Origin: a virus
Lineage: Duplodnaviria; Caudoviricetes
DNA: 27,791 bases
Direction: 5' to 3' (one strand)
IMG/VR virus record: IMGVR_UViG_3300032225_001008
Location: 1-27,791 of that record
The notes beneath the pieces are model-generated. The model did no database searches, was not told the DNA's origin, and worked only from the letters and a program-made list of their open reading frames with translations. A program made the translations under genes and the position numbers. This document shows, one piece after another, positions 1 to 7,658 of the stretch (within the stretch, counting starts at the first letter, position 1; every line of letters starts with the position of its first letter).

Positions 1-1278
1 CCCGTTTTTAGCGAAAAAACAGGGGTAGACCTTCTCACGCAGGTCGATGCGTGGATCGTTGCGACCCGCGAGCTCGACGGGCAGGCCGAGATGCACGTCC
101 GCCAGGCTGCGCGCTGGGTGCGCGACTGGCTGGAGCACGTCAAGGCGAACGCGCGCGAGATCGGCCCGGGCTCCTGCATCGAGTGGCTGCGCGAAATGAC
201 GCGCGAGGCCACGCTCGCGCCGCAGACCATCCGCAACCGAATGAGCGCATGCAGGCGCTTCGCCGGCTGGCTGCTGATTCAGGGGCTCATCGACTCGAAC
301 CCGTGGGCGCACGTCCCCAGCCCGCGCGGGCGCGCTGGTCAAGGCCGCGATGCATTCACCGACGCCGAGGTCGAGCGCCTGATCGCCCACGCGCGCGAGC
401 AATCGACGAAGGGCGCGTCTCCAGCCATCCGAGCGAGCGCGAGTAACCGAGCGAACCTGTACAGATTCCTGAGTCTCACCGGCCTGCGCCGCGGCGAGGC
501 GCACGCGCAGCTCTGGTCCGACGTGGACCTCGACGCAGGCACCCTCGTGGTCAGCCTGGACAAGGCGCGCCGGCGCGACAACATCCCGCTCGCGAGCGCC
601 GCGGTGGAACTGCTTCGCGAGATGCGCAAGGCGAAGGACGGGCCAAAACTGTTCAAGCGCACCGTTTCCTACAAGGGGCTCGCGACCGATCTGGCGGCTG
701 CAGGGCTCTCCGGGCGCTACGGGTTTCACTCGTTTCGCTGCGGCTACATCACCGAATCCTTTGAGAACGGCACCCCGCCGGAACTGATCCAGCGCCTCGT
801 CCGGCATCGCTCTATCGACCAGACCCACCGATACTTGCGTCACCGTGAGCCCCGCCTGCGGGAGGCGGCCGAGAGCCGCGGCGGAAAAATCTCAAAAAAT
901 TCTCCCCCGAAAACTAGTGCGGTCGATAGGTTGCCCACGCAATCGACTATGGCCTACGGCGCTCCTATCACGGCGAACATGACGATGACCAGCGCGAGCT
1001 TCGCGCCTACGGCCGTCGATTGCACCTCTCGCGCTGGTCTTCGACATGCTCGCAGCCGTTCGGTCCCGTCTGCTAATGAAAAGTGGGCGCTACAGGATTC
1101 GAACCTTCGCCCCCACCTACGGGCTGAACGGCTTCTGGAAGCGGCGCTGATGCTAACGCAAGCGGGCCACAATGAAGGTGCCCTCGTGCTGATGCATCAC
1201 GCCCAGATGCTGCTGACGCAGCAGGGAGCCGGCGATGGAGCAAGCGATGGAACGCCTCCGCTGGGGGCAGGTCGTTGA
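1..1278 (+). CDS. int: Tyrosine recombinase/integrase with long C-terminal extension (5' part continues from 27702..27791 if circular)
   Basis: Catalytic motifs TGLRRGE (R), LDKARR (K), HSFR (HxxR), VRH (H), THRY (Y, nt 832-834). SAM-like N-domain (LAPQTIRNRMSACRRFAGWL). Frame is open from position 1 upstream of ATG 91. Confidence 0.93.
   Translation, partial: PVFSEKTGVDLLTQVDAWIVATRELDGQAEMHVRQAARWVRDWLEHVKANAREIGPGSCIEWLREMTREATLAPQTIRNRMSACRRFAGWLLIQGLIDSNPWAHVPSPRGRAGQGRDAFTDAEVERLIAHAREQSTKGASPAIRASASNRANLYRFLSLTGLRRGEAHAQLWSDVDLDAGTLVVSLDKARRRDNIPLASAAVELLREMRKAKDGPKLFKRTVSYKGLATDLAAAGLSGRYGFHSFRCGYITESFENGTPPELIQRLVRHRSIDQTHRYLRHREPRLREAAESRGGKISKNSPPKTSAVDRLPTQSTMAYGAPITANMTMTSASFAPTAVDCTSRAGLRHARSRSVPSANEKWALQDSNLRPHLRAERLLEAALMLTQAGHNEGALVLMHHAQMLLTQQGAGDGASDGTPPLGAGR
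978..1048. repeat. 21-bp imperfect inverted repeat adjacent to attP core
   Basis: CATGACGATGACCAGCGCGAG (978-998) pairs with CTCGCGCTGGTCTTCGACATG (1028-1048), 2 mismatches, inner 12 bp perfect. Confidence 0.8.
1084..1106 (-). other. attP: attP core: copy of a tRNA 3' end (T-arm + acceptor strand; Val-like)
   Basis: Minus strand reads AGG-TTCGAAT-CCTGT-AGCGCCC-A, i.e. partial T-stem, canonical T-loop, 3' T-stem, acceptor 3' strand and discriminator A. The rest of the tRNA is absent. It lies within the integrase ORF. Confidence 0.85.
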
Positions 1279-1615
1279 AGACTGTGGTTTGGCGGTTCAG
1301 GATCTCCTGAACGCAGGCCGGAGCATGGATGCGATGCGGGTGCGGCTGGTGATGCTGCACAACCTGCATGAAACCATTTCACTGCTGACCGAAACCCACA
1401 AGTCGGGGCGCATCGAGGCGCCGGCGGTGGTCGCTGCGGTCGATGCGATCCTGAACAAGTCGGCGCGCCCGGCGCAGGTGCCGCTGGTCTCTCTGGGCCA
1501 AGGCGACTACCGCCGCGACTACTTCGAGGCCGAGATGGTGAAGGCCGAGGTGAAGAAGTCTGAGGGCCGCAACTGGCTGCGCGAGCTGTGCGCGCGGATT
1601 GGGGGCACCCGATGA
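1235..1615 (+). CDS. Hypothetical protein (126 aa)
   Basis: GGGAG RBS upstream, typical codon usage, stop overlaps next ATG (ATGA). Confidence 0.75.
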   Translation: MEQAMERLRWGQVVEDCGLAVQDLLNAGRSMDAMRVRLVMLHNLHETISLLTETHKSGRIEAPAVVAAVDAILNKSARPAQVPLVSLGQGDYRRDYFEAEMVKAEVKKSEGRNWLRELCARIGGTR

Positions 1616-1761
1616 GCCAGCAGGAAGTCGCCGAGCTGCTCGGCTGCGATCGCAAGACGGTCGCTTACCACGAAAAGAAGGCGCTGCAGAAGATCCGCCT
1701 CGCGATCATGCTGGATCGTGAACTGAAGGCGCTCGCCGCGGAGGCCTGCGATGAAAATTGA
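1612..1761 (+). CDS. 49-aa sigma70 region-4-like HTH protein (not in ORF track)
   Basis: MSQQEVAELLGCDRKTVAYHEKKALQKIRLAIMLDRELKALAAEACDEN resembles the region 4.2 pattern (xxEVAxxLGxxRxTVxxxExKALxKLR). It overlaps both neighbouring genes. Confidence 0.8.
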   Translation: MSQQEVAELLGCDRKTVAYHEKKALQKIRLAIMLDRELKALAAEACDEN

Positions 1762-2605
1762 GCAGCTCCTGCCGAACCGCATCGTCGAGGACATGCCGGC
1801 TGCGGTCTATCACGCCGTGGACGCGCTCGGCTCGAGCACGCTGCGCAAGGTGCTCTCGGCGTCCCCCGCTCACGCGATGGCTGCCATCCGCAACCGCGAG
1901 GAGACCGCCAGCCAGCGGCTCGGCACGGCCCTGCATGCTGCGCTGCTCGAGCCCGCGAAGTTCGAGGCCCAGATCGCCATCGCGCCCGAGTGCGACCGCC
2001 GCACGAAGGACGGGAAGGCTGTCTGGGAGGCGTTCCAGCTGCAGGCCGAAGGCCGCACCGTAATCACCGCCGATCAGGGCGAAGCGCTGGCCGGAATGGT
2101 CGAGGCTGTGAAGGGCTCGAAGGCTGCAGCCGGGCTGCTGCGGATCGCAAACGTGCGCGAGGTGTCGCTGTTCGCCGAGGAACCTATGACGGGCCTGCCG
2201 ATCAAGGCGCGCCTGGACGCATGGGCACCGGGCGACCGCGGCGAGTTCATCGTGGACATCAAGACCACGAGCGGGCTGGCGTCGCGCAGCGAGTTCGAGC
2301 GCACGCTCGCCTCTTACGGCTACGGGGCGCAGGCCGCGTTCTACATGCGCGTGGCGCGTGCTGCCGGGCTGAAGGTGAGCGAGTTCATCTTCATCGCGGT
2401 CGAGACCAGCGACCCCTACGGAGTGGGCTGCTACGCGCTCGACGAGGAGATCGTCGCGCTGTTTGAGCCAGAGGTCGATCGTGCGATCGAGGCGTGGGCC
2501 GTGGCGAAGCGTGATGGTGTGTTCCGGGCCTACCCCGACAAAGTTCAGAAACTGGGCGCTCCCAAGTGGCTGCGCCGTCAACTGGAAGAAGGAGTCGCAG
2601 CATGA
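1751..2605 (+). CDS. RecE/exonuclease VIII-like PD-(D/E)XK nuclease (DUF3799-like)
   Basis: YHA..ALGSSTLRK, GTALHAALLEP, KARLD, IVDIKTT, YGYGAQAAFY motifs. Confidence 0.88.
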   Translation: MKIEQLLPNRIVEDMPAAVYHAVDALGSSTLRKVLSASPAHAMAAIRNREETASQRLGTALHAALLEPAKFEAQIAIAPECDRRTKDGKAVWEAFQLQAEGRTVITADQGEALAGMVEAVKGSKAAAGLLRIANVREVSLFAEEPMTGLPIKARLDAWAPGDRGEFIVDIKTTSGLASRSEFERTLASYGYGAQAAFYMRVARAAGLKVSEFIFIAVETSDPYGVGCYALDEEIVALFEPEVDRAIEAWAVAKRDGVFRAYPDKVQKLGAPKWLRRQLEEGVAA

Positions 2606-2985
2606 GTTTTCAAACTCAGGTTGAGTACGAGCAAGAACTGTCAAAGATTCTTGAGTGCAACAATTGGACCAAAGATGCGCACAAGCATTACTTGGATCTG
2701 TTGAACCGTATTAGCAACGGCGTCTATTTGCCATTGTCTGAATTGGAGGCAAAGGTGTGGAATCATCTTTCAGACGTGCGCGAGGAAAAGATGCCACTCG
2801 TGCGCAAAATGAACACGCGAATAGTTCAAATTATTTGCGGTCCGCACGGTGAGATGGTGGCTCTTGATGATCACTCTCAGCTGTGGAAACGGCATTCCCA
2901 TTCTTGGTTTTATCTAGGTGATGCTCGTCATTCAGACCACATCACTGCTGGAGAGTTTTACCGAATCAGGAGCATGCTCATATGA
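2602..2985 (+). CDS. Hypothetical AT-rich protein (127 aa), likely moron
   Basis: ATG overlaps the exonuclease stop after AAGGAG. Markedly lower GC than the flanks. Confidence 0.7.
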   Translation: MSFQTQVEYEQELSKILECNNWTKDAHKHYLDLLNRISNGVYLPLSELEAKVWNHLSDVREEKMPLVRKMNTRIVQIICGPHGEMVALDDHSQLWKRHSHSWFYLGDARHSDHITAGEFYRIRSMLI

Positions 2986-3779
2986 GCCTGGCAACAATCG
3001 ACACCGAAACGCGCGCGCTGCTGGAGTACGCGATCCCGCGCGGCACTGATATGGACAAGCTCGCGATGCTGCAACTGATGCGCAGCATGGATCTCAACCC
3101 CCTGCGCAAGGAGGTCTACGCGATCCCTTATCAGGGGCGGCTGCAGATCGTGATCGGCGTGGACGGGTGGCGCAAGGCCGCGCACGCGACCGGGCGCTAC
3201 CTGAGCGGCGAAGCGGTCTACGGCGAGGACGAGTGCGGTGTCTTCTGTACCTACACCGTTCTTACGACTGTCGGCGGCCGTTTCTCTGCCACCTGCTGGC
3301 TGAGTGAGTTCAAGGGCGGCAGCCCGCTGTGGAACCGAATGCCGCGCCACATGCTGGCGGTGAAGGCCGAGGTGCACGCCCTGAAGCGCGGGTTCGGATT
3401 GGCTGGACCTACCGAGTGGGATCACGACGAAGGCCGCGAGACCATCGTGGGCGAGCCCCTGCGCGTTGCGCAGGATGACCGGCTTGCCGCGATGAATCGC
3501 CTACTGACATCCAGCGCGGACCTCCCGACGGAGGTGTCCGCGGTGGCTCCCCAGGCAGCGCCGGCGGTGGAGCAGCCGCCGGCGCCTGCTGCGGAGCCGC
3601 TCGAAGTGCTGGCTGAGCAGGTCGCGGAACTGGCCCGCTCACAAGGACAGAAGCGCACCGCGATGCAGGCGCTGGCAGCAGCGAAGAAGAAGGGCAAGGA
3701 CGAAGCAGGCACCCGTGCGGTGCTTGAGGAATGGCATGAGGCACTGAGCAACACCAACAACAAGGAGAACATGAAGTGA
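2982..3779 (+). CDS. bet: Single-strand annealing protein, Bet/RecT family
   Basis: LNPLRKEVYAIPY, IVIGVDGWRKAAH, WNRMPRHMLAVKAEVHALKRGF motifs. Close to the exonuclease gene. Confidence 0.88.
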   Translation: MSLATIDTETRALLEYAIPRGTDMDKLAMLQLMRSMDLNPLRKEVYAIPYQGRLQIVIGVDGWRKAAHATGRYLSGEAVYGEDECGVFCTYTVLTTVGGRFSATCWLSEFKGGSPLWNRMPRHMLAVKAEVHALKRGFGLAGPTEWDHDEGRETIVGEPLRVAQDDRLAAMNRLLTSSADLPTEVSAVAPQAAPAVEQPPAPAAEPLEVLAEQVAELARSQGQKRTAMQALAAAKKKGKDEAGTRAVLEEWHEALSNTNNKENMK

Positions 3780-4249
3780 AGCTGATCTGGAACAGCGGCG
3801 AAGAGAAGGCACGCAAGGAACCCATGACCGTCTCGCAGGAAGTCCTGCCGGCTGGCGAGCACGAGGCCGAGGTCGTGAAGAGCGAGTCGCGGCAGAGCCC
3901 GTTCGACAACGTCAAGACCGCGCAGAACCCGGAAGGCTGGGAGCTGAGTTTGTGGCTCGACGTGCATGTCAATGGGAAGCGCTTTCGCGTGTTCGATGGC
4001 ATCCCCGCCACGCACACCGAGCGCATCACCACCGTGCTTGCATCGGCCGGGCTTCCTGTCCCGTCTGCCGGCATGAAGGACTTCAACGAGGAGGTGCTGC
4101 TGGGCAGGACCGTGCGCATCCGCACCTACCTCAGCAAGACCACGGGCAAGGCGAAGGTGGGCGACTACCTCGCGCCGAAGGCCGTGATCGAAGGCAAGAA
4201 GGCCGGACCCGGCAAGGTGAAGGTCGATGCGTCAGACATTCCGTTCTGA
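3776..4249 (+). CDS. Phage ssDNA-binding protein (DUF669-like) with DIPF tail
   Basis: LPAGEHEAEV N-motif, C-terminal ...ASDIPF, position after the annealase. Confidence 0.7.
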   Translation: MKLIWNSGEEKARKEPMTVSQEVLPAGEHEAEVVKSESRQSPFDNVKTAQNPEGWELSLWLDVHVNGKRFRVFDGIPATHTERITTVLASAGLPVPSAGMKDFNEEVLLGRTVRIRTYLSKTTGKAKVGDYLAPKAVIEGKKAGPGKVKVDASDIPF

Positions 4250-4251
4250 AC

Positions 4252-4290
4252 CCCCGGAAGGCCGGGGCGGTGGCGCAAGCCCCGCCCTGG
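4252..4290 (+). promoter_or_regulatory. Overlapping, mutually exclusive hairpins after the SSB-like gene
   Basis: CCCCGG-AAGG-CCGGGG (4252-4267) vs CCGGGGCGG-T-GGC-GCAA-GCC-CCGCCCTGG (4262-4290, GNRA loop). No U tract. Confidence 0.5.
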
Positions 4291-4384
4291 CTACTTCCCC
4301 AACCGTCGGAGAGATCACCACCTTCTGGCTTGGATTCGCGCCTGCGGCGTTTCTCGCCGGCGCGTGGTGCAAGGAGGTTTTCCT

Positions 4385-4672
4385 GTGGATGATTCCGTGA
4401 CATGCCCGCCGCGAGCGCGGCTACTGCTGAAGGCTGCCGACATTGTCGTCGAGCGTGGACTGCACTATGGGCCGCCGCGCGAACACTTCGAGCGCACCGT
4501 GCGCGCGGCGCTCGCGCTCATGCCTGACCTGTTTGCGCGAACCCCAGAGCCCGAGGACTGGGCGAAATTGATGATCATCGACAAGTTGGCGCGCGACGCC
4601 GAGGTGGCGAAGGAAGACAACGCCATCGACATCGCGGGCTATGCGGCGTGCATGCACGAGGTGCGGGCATGA
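4385..4672 (+). CDS. DUF6378-like protein (all-alpha nucleotide pyrophosphatase-like)
   Basis: A..IV..RG..YG.P..HF, LMIIDKLAR, DNAIDIAGYAAC motifs. AAGGAGG RBS before GTG 4385. Confidence 0.75.
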   Translation: MDDSVTCPPRARLLLKAADIVVERGLHYGPPREHFERTVRAALALMPDLFARTPEPEDWAKLMIIDKLARDAEVAKEDNAIDIAGYAACMHEVRA

Positions 4673-4965
4673 GTGGCACCAACATCATGCAACTTCGACA
4701 GCAGGTGTCGAATTTGCAGGCAAAACTTGATCGGATCATGGAAGGGCTGGAAGGCACCTGCATGACCTGCGAACCAGTCGGGGTTCGCAATCAGCAGATG
4801 ACGCAGGACATCAAGACGCTAAAGGCAGAGCGAAACGTAGCCCGGCGAGAGGTGTGCAGGAGTCGCGCTAGTTGCATTCAGGGCAAGAGCCCTCTGCACA
4901 TTGCCGATGCGCTCGGCTGGGACTGCTTTGCGGATGAAACTGCAGACACATCTGAACATCTGTAG
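4669..4965 (+). CDS. Hypothetical coiled-coil protein with CxxC
   Basis: ATGA overlap with the previous gene, heptad pattern, CMTC. Confidence 0.65.
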   Translation: MSGTNIMQLRQQVSNLQAKLDRIMEGLEGTCMTCEPVGVRNQQMTQDIKTLKAERNVARREVCRSRASCIQGKSPLHIADALGWDCFADETADTSEHL

Positions 4966-4992
4966 CGGATTCAATCCGCCGGCGAGGACGCC

Positions 4993-7038
4993 ATGACCAC
5001 CACCGACACCGCAGCCGCAGCCATCGAGGCCGCGTACCAGCTGCTCGGATTCATCTTCGACGCCGACGACCTGATCGAGTTCCGCACGCTCGGCAAAATT
5101 GTCGGCTCGACCTGGGCGAAGCAGCGCGAAGCCGCGCAGGCCATCGCCAAACTCGCGACGCTGGGGCACGGCGTTCAGGTGTACTTCGGCGCCAACCCGC
5201 GCAAGCGACGCGGCGGCAAGGCCGACGACGTTGCCATCGCTCGCTGCCTGTTTGCAGACTTCGATGGTGGCACCACCGTCGAGCAGGCGCGCATTCGCTG
5301 GAGCGAGGCGTGCATTCCAGAGCCCACCGTGATCGTGATCACGGGCGGCGGGTTGCATGCCTACTGGAAGCTGCAGGAGCCGATGCAAGACTTGGCCCTG
5401 TGGACTCAGCATCAGAAGGCGCTGGCCCGCCGGCTGGGCTCGGACCAGTCGGTGACAGACGCGCCTCGCATCCTTCGTTTGCCTGGCTTCGTGAACTGGA
5501 AGTATCAGCACCAGCCCCTGTGCGTGGTCGATTCATGCGATCCCGACAACGCCTACAGCCTGGACGAGTTTCCCGACCCCACCCAGTTTGTCGAGCCGCC
5601 GGCGGCACCCGTCGAGCCTGAGCCCGTCACCGCGGGCACCCTGAGCGACCTGTCGCGGCGGTTCCTCGAAAGCGGCTACCTGATCCCCGGGCGTGGCCGG
5701 CGGGACACGATCTACACCGTGGCCTGCGACATGCGGGCGCGCCAGTGGAGGCAGGGCGACGCCGAGGCGGCGATCTTGAACCGCGCGCGCGAGCTGGGCC
5801 TGACCGCCGACGACCTGCTCGACTTGCCGCGCCAGATCGGCAACGCCTTCGCGAAGGAGCGCACGCCGATCCTTGGGAGGGCTGAGGAGGCGCAGGTGGT
5901 GCCCCAGCATGGGCCGATCGTTCCGGTGCCTCTCGGGCAACTTGTTCAGCAGCACCAGAAGATGCGGCCCGTGGTGATCGAAGGACTTCTCCGAGAAGGG
6001 GAGGTCATGAACATCGTCAGCTCCCCGAAAATCGGGAAGTCCTGGCTCGTCAACGACCTTGCGATCTGTGTCGCCAGCGGCATGGATTGGCTGGACAAGT
6101 TCAGGGTGGTGCCTGGGCGCGTCCTGATCATCGACAACGAGCTGCACCCAGAGACCACCGCCAACCGCCTGCCGAAGGTCGTGAGCGCGAAGGAAATGAG
6201 CATGGACGTGGTGGGCAACAAGGTGGACGTGCTGAACCTGCGCGGGAAACTAATGAGCTTCGACGACCTTGAGCGGGAACTGATCAAGACCGACCTGATG
6301 AAGTCGGCCGGCTATCGGCTGGTGATCCTCGACGCCTTCTACCGTTTCAACATCGGGCCGAATGCCAACGAGAACGACAACGCCTACATGGCGAAGGTGT
6401 TCAACCAGATCGACAGCTGGGGTGCCGAGCTAGGGTGCGCCTTCGTCTGCGTGCACCACTCGTCAAAAGGAGATCAGAGTCAGAAATCGGTCGTTGACGT
6501 GGGATCTGGCGCCGGAGTGTTCAGCCGTGCGGTGGACGCCCACTTGGTCCTCCGGCGCCACGAGGAGGAGGGGCATGTGTCCGTGGACGCTGCGGTTCGA
6601 TCGTTCCAGCAGTTCGATCCGTTCGTGCTCAGCTTCAACTGGCCCCTGTTCAAGGTCGCCGAAGGTCTCAACCCTGAAGCCCTGTACAAGGCCAACCAGC
6701 AGGCCGCGGAGCCGTTCCCGCCCACCGACATGGTGTCCTACTGCAAGCACGTCTGGGAGCCAGCAGCGACGATCCTGGAGCGCGCCAAGCAGGTCAACAA
6801 GGGCTTCGGTGAGAAGCGCCTGCGAGCCAGCCTTGACGGAGCAGTGGCCGACGGGCTGGTCGAAACCAACGGAGCCAAGACCGCCGGCCGCCGTTACCGC
6901 CGTCTTGGCCCCTGTCTCTGCTTCCCCCGTTGCCAAGATGAAAAGACCCCCGGCAGTGGTTGTCTTGTCTCTCCGCGCCCCCCTAAAGGGGTGCGCGAAG
7001 AGAAAGACAACACAGCCTCTGCCCTAGCCCAGCCATGA
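4993..7038 (+). CDS. Primase-helicase: RepB-type (AEP) primase domain fused to AAA_25/RepA-like helicase
   Basis: CLFADFD, TGGGLHAYW, DAPRILRLPGF primase motifs. Walker A SSPKIGKS, Walker B LVILDAF, VHHSSK, GSGAG..RAVDA. Confidence 0.88.
   Translation: MTTTDTAAAAIEAAYQLLGFIFDADDLIEFRTLGKIVGSTWAKQREAAQAIAKLATLGHGVQVYFGANPRKRRGGKADDVAIARCLFADFDGGTTVEQARIRWSEACIPEPTVIVITGGGLHAYWKLQEPMQDLALWTQHQKALARRLGSDQSVTDAPRILRLPGFVNWKYQHQPLCVVDSCDPDNAYSLDEFPDPTQFVEPPAAPVEPEPVTAGTLSDLSRRFLESGYLIPGRGRRDTIYTVACDMRARQWRQGDAEAAILNRARELGLTADDLLDLPRQIGNAFAKERTPILGRAEEAQVVPQHGPIVPVPLGQLVQQHQKMRPVVIEGLLREGEVMNIVSSPKIGKSWLVNDLAICVASGMDWLDKFRVVPGRVLIIDNELHPETTANRLPKVVSAKEMSMDVVGNKVDVLNLRGKLMSFDDLERELIKTDLMKSAGYRLVILDAFYRFNIGPNANENDNAYMAKVFNQIDSWGAELGCAFVCVHHSSKGDQSQKSVVDVGSGAGVFSRAVDAHLVLRRHEEEGHVSVDAAVRSFQQFDPFVLSFNWPLFKVAEGLNPEALYKANQQAAEPFPPTDMVSYCKHVWEPAATILERAKQVNKGFGEKRLRASLDGAVADGLVETNGAKTAGRRYRRLGPCLCFPRCQDEKTPGSGCLVSPRPPKGVREEKDNTASALAQP
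6959..7011. repeat. Long palindrome centred on CCCC-TAAA-GGGG; candidate replication origin/priming signal
   Basis: 22 paired positions, 2 mismatches, 1 bulge. Lies in the 3' tail of the primase-helicase gene. Confidence 0.6.
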
Positions 7039-7346
7039 CCCGCCCACACCCCACCGCCGTTGTCCGGGCTCTGTGCTCGCTGGAGACGGGCAAGGCCCAG
7101 GGCAACGCCATGCGTTCGTGGCTGGCGAACCTATCCCGCGACCGCGAGCAGCTCGTGATGGCCGTGTGGGTGATCGTGGTGGTCTGTGAGGCCGACCCGT
7201 GCGACGCCTGCCTGAGCCTTGGGCAGCGCGACTGCATGCGGTGCATGGCGCGCCTCAAGGACAACCCAGTGCAAGACGAGAACCTGCTGGCGATGGTCGC
7301 GCTCGTGTACGACGCGCTGGGCGTGCCGCCAGGGGGTAGACGGTGA
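7035..7346 (+). CDS. Hypothetical protein with clustered cysteines
   Basis: ATGA overlap, CDAC and CMRC pairs. Confidence 0.6.
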   Translation: MTRPHPTAVVRALCSLETGKAQGNAMRSWLANLSRDREQLVMAVWVIVVVCEADPCDACLSLGQRDCMRCMARLKDNPVQDENLLAMVALVYDALGVPPGGRR

Positions 7347-7370
7347 ACGATCCCGTGAGACGATGCGCGC

Positions 7371-7613
7371 ATGACCGAGACGCAGCTGCGCTGGGGACCA
7401 TGCGACGGAGACACCCTGACCATCGAGGAAGGGGTGACCGAGGTGCGCGTGCCCGTGGTCTGCGGCGTGTGCCTGGACGAACTACCGGCCAACCTCGGGC
7501 GCGACGTGTACACCGAGGCGATCTACCTCCCCGACGCGGCTGGGGTGTGGTGGTACGCGGGTCGGATGCGCTACAGCGACGCGGGCGGGAGCGCGTACTG
7601 GTCGCCAGCCTGA
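7371..7613 (+). CDS. Hypothetical protein (80 aa)
   Basis: Protein-like composition (WGPCDG, YLPD) and GC3-rich codons, unlike the overlapping frames. Confidence 0.65.
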   Translation: MTETQLRWGPCDGDTLTIEEGVTEVRVPVVCGVCLDELPANLGRDVYTEAIYLPDAAGVWWYAGRMRYSDAGGSAYWSPA

Positions 7614-7614
7614 G

Positions 7615-7653
7615 CCCCCCGCCCTTGCGGAGCGCATTTCCCGTGGGAGAGTG
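7615..7653 (+). promoter_or_regulatory. Putative phage middle/late promoter, copy 1
   Basis: CCCCCCGCCCTTGC-N18-GAGAGTG. The same 14-mer and spacing occur at 13993. Confidence 0.55.
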
Positions 7654-7658
7654 TGCGC

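Noticed and set aside
1040-1160. Complete tRNA gene on the minus strand
   Set aside because: Only the T-loop, 3' T-stem and acceptor 3' strand are present. There is no D or anticodon arm and the 5' T-stem is incomplete, so it is treated as an att core.
1250-1278. ssrA-like degron at the integrase C-terminus
   Set aside because: The tail ends ...PPLGAGR, not an Ala-Ala type ClpX tag, so a degradation role cannot be claimed from sequence.
6017-6042. Non-canonical Walker A (SSPKIGKS) as an inactive helicase
   Set aside because: The first Gly is often substituted in AAA_25/RepA-like helicases. GKS and Walker B are intact.
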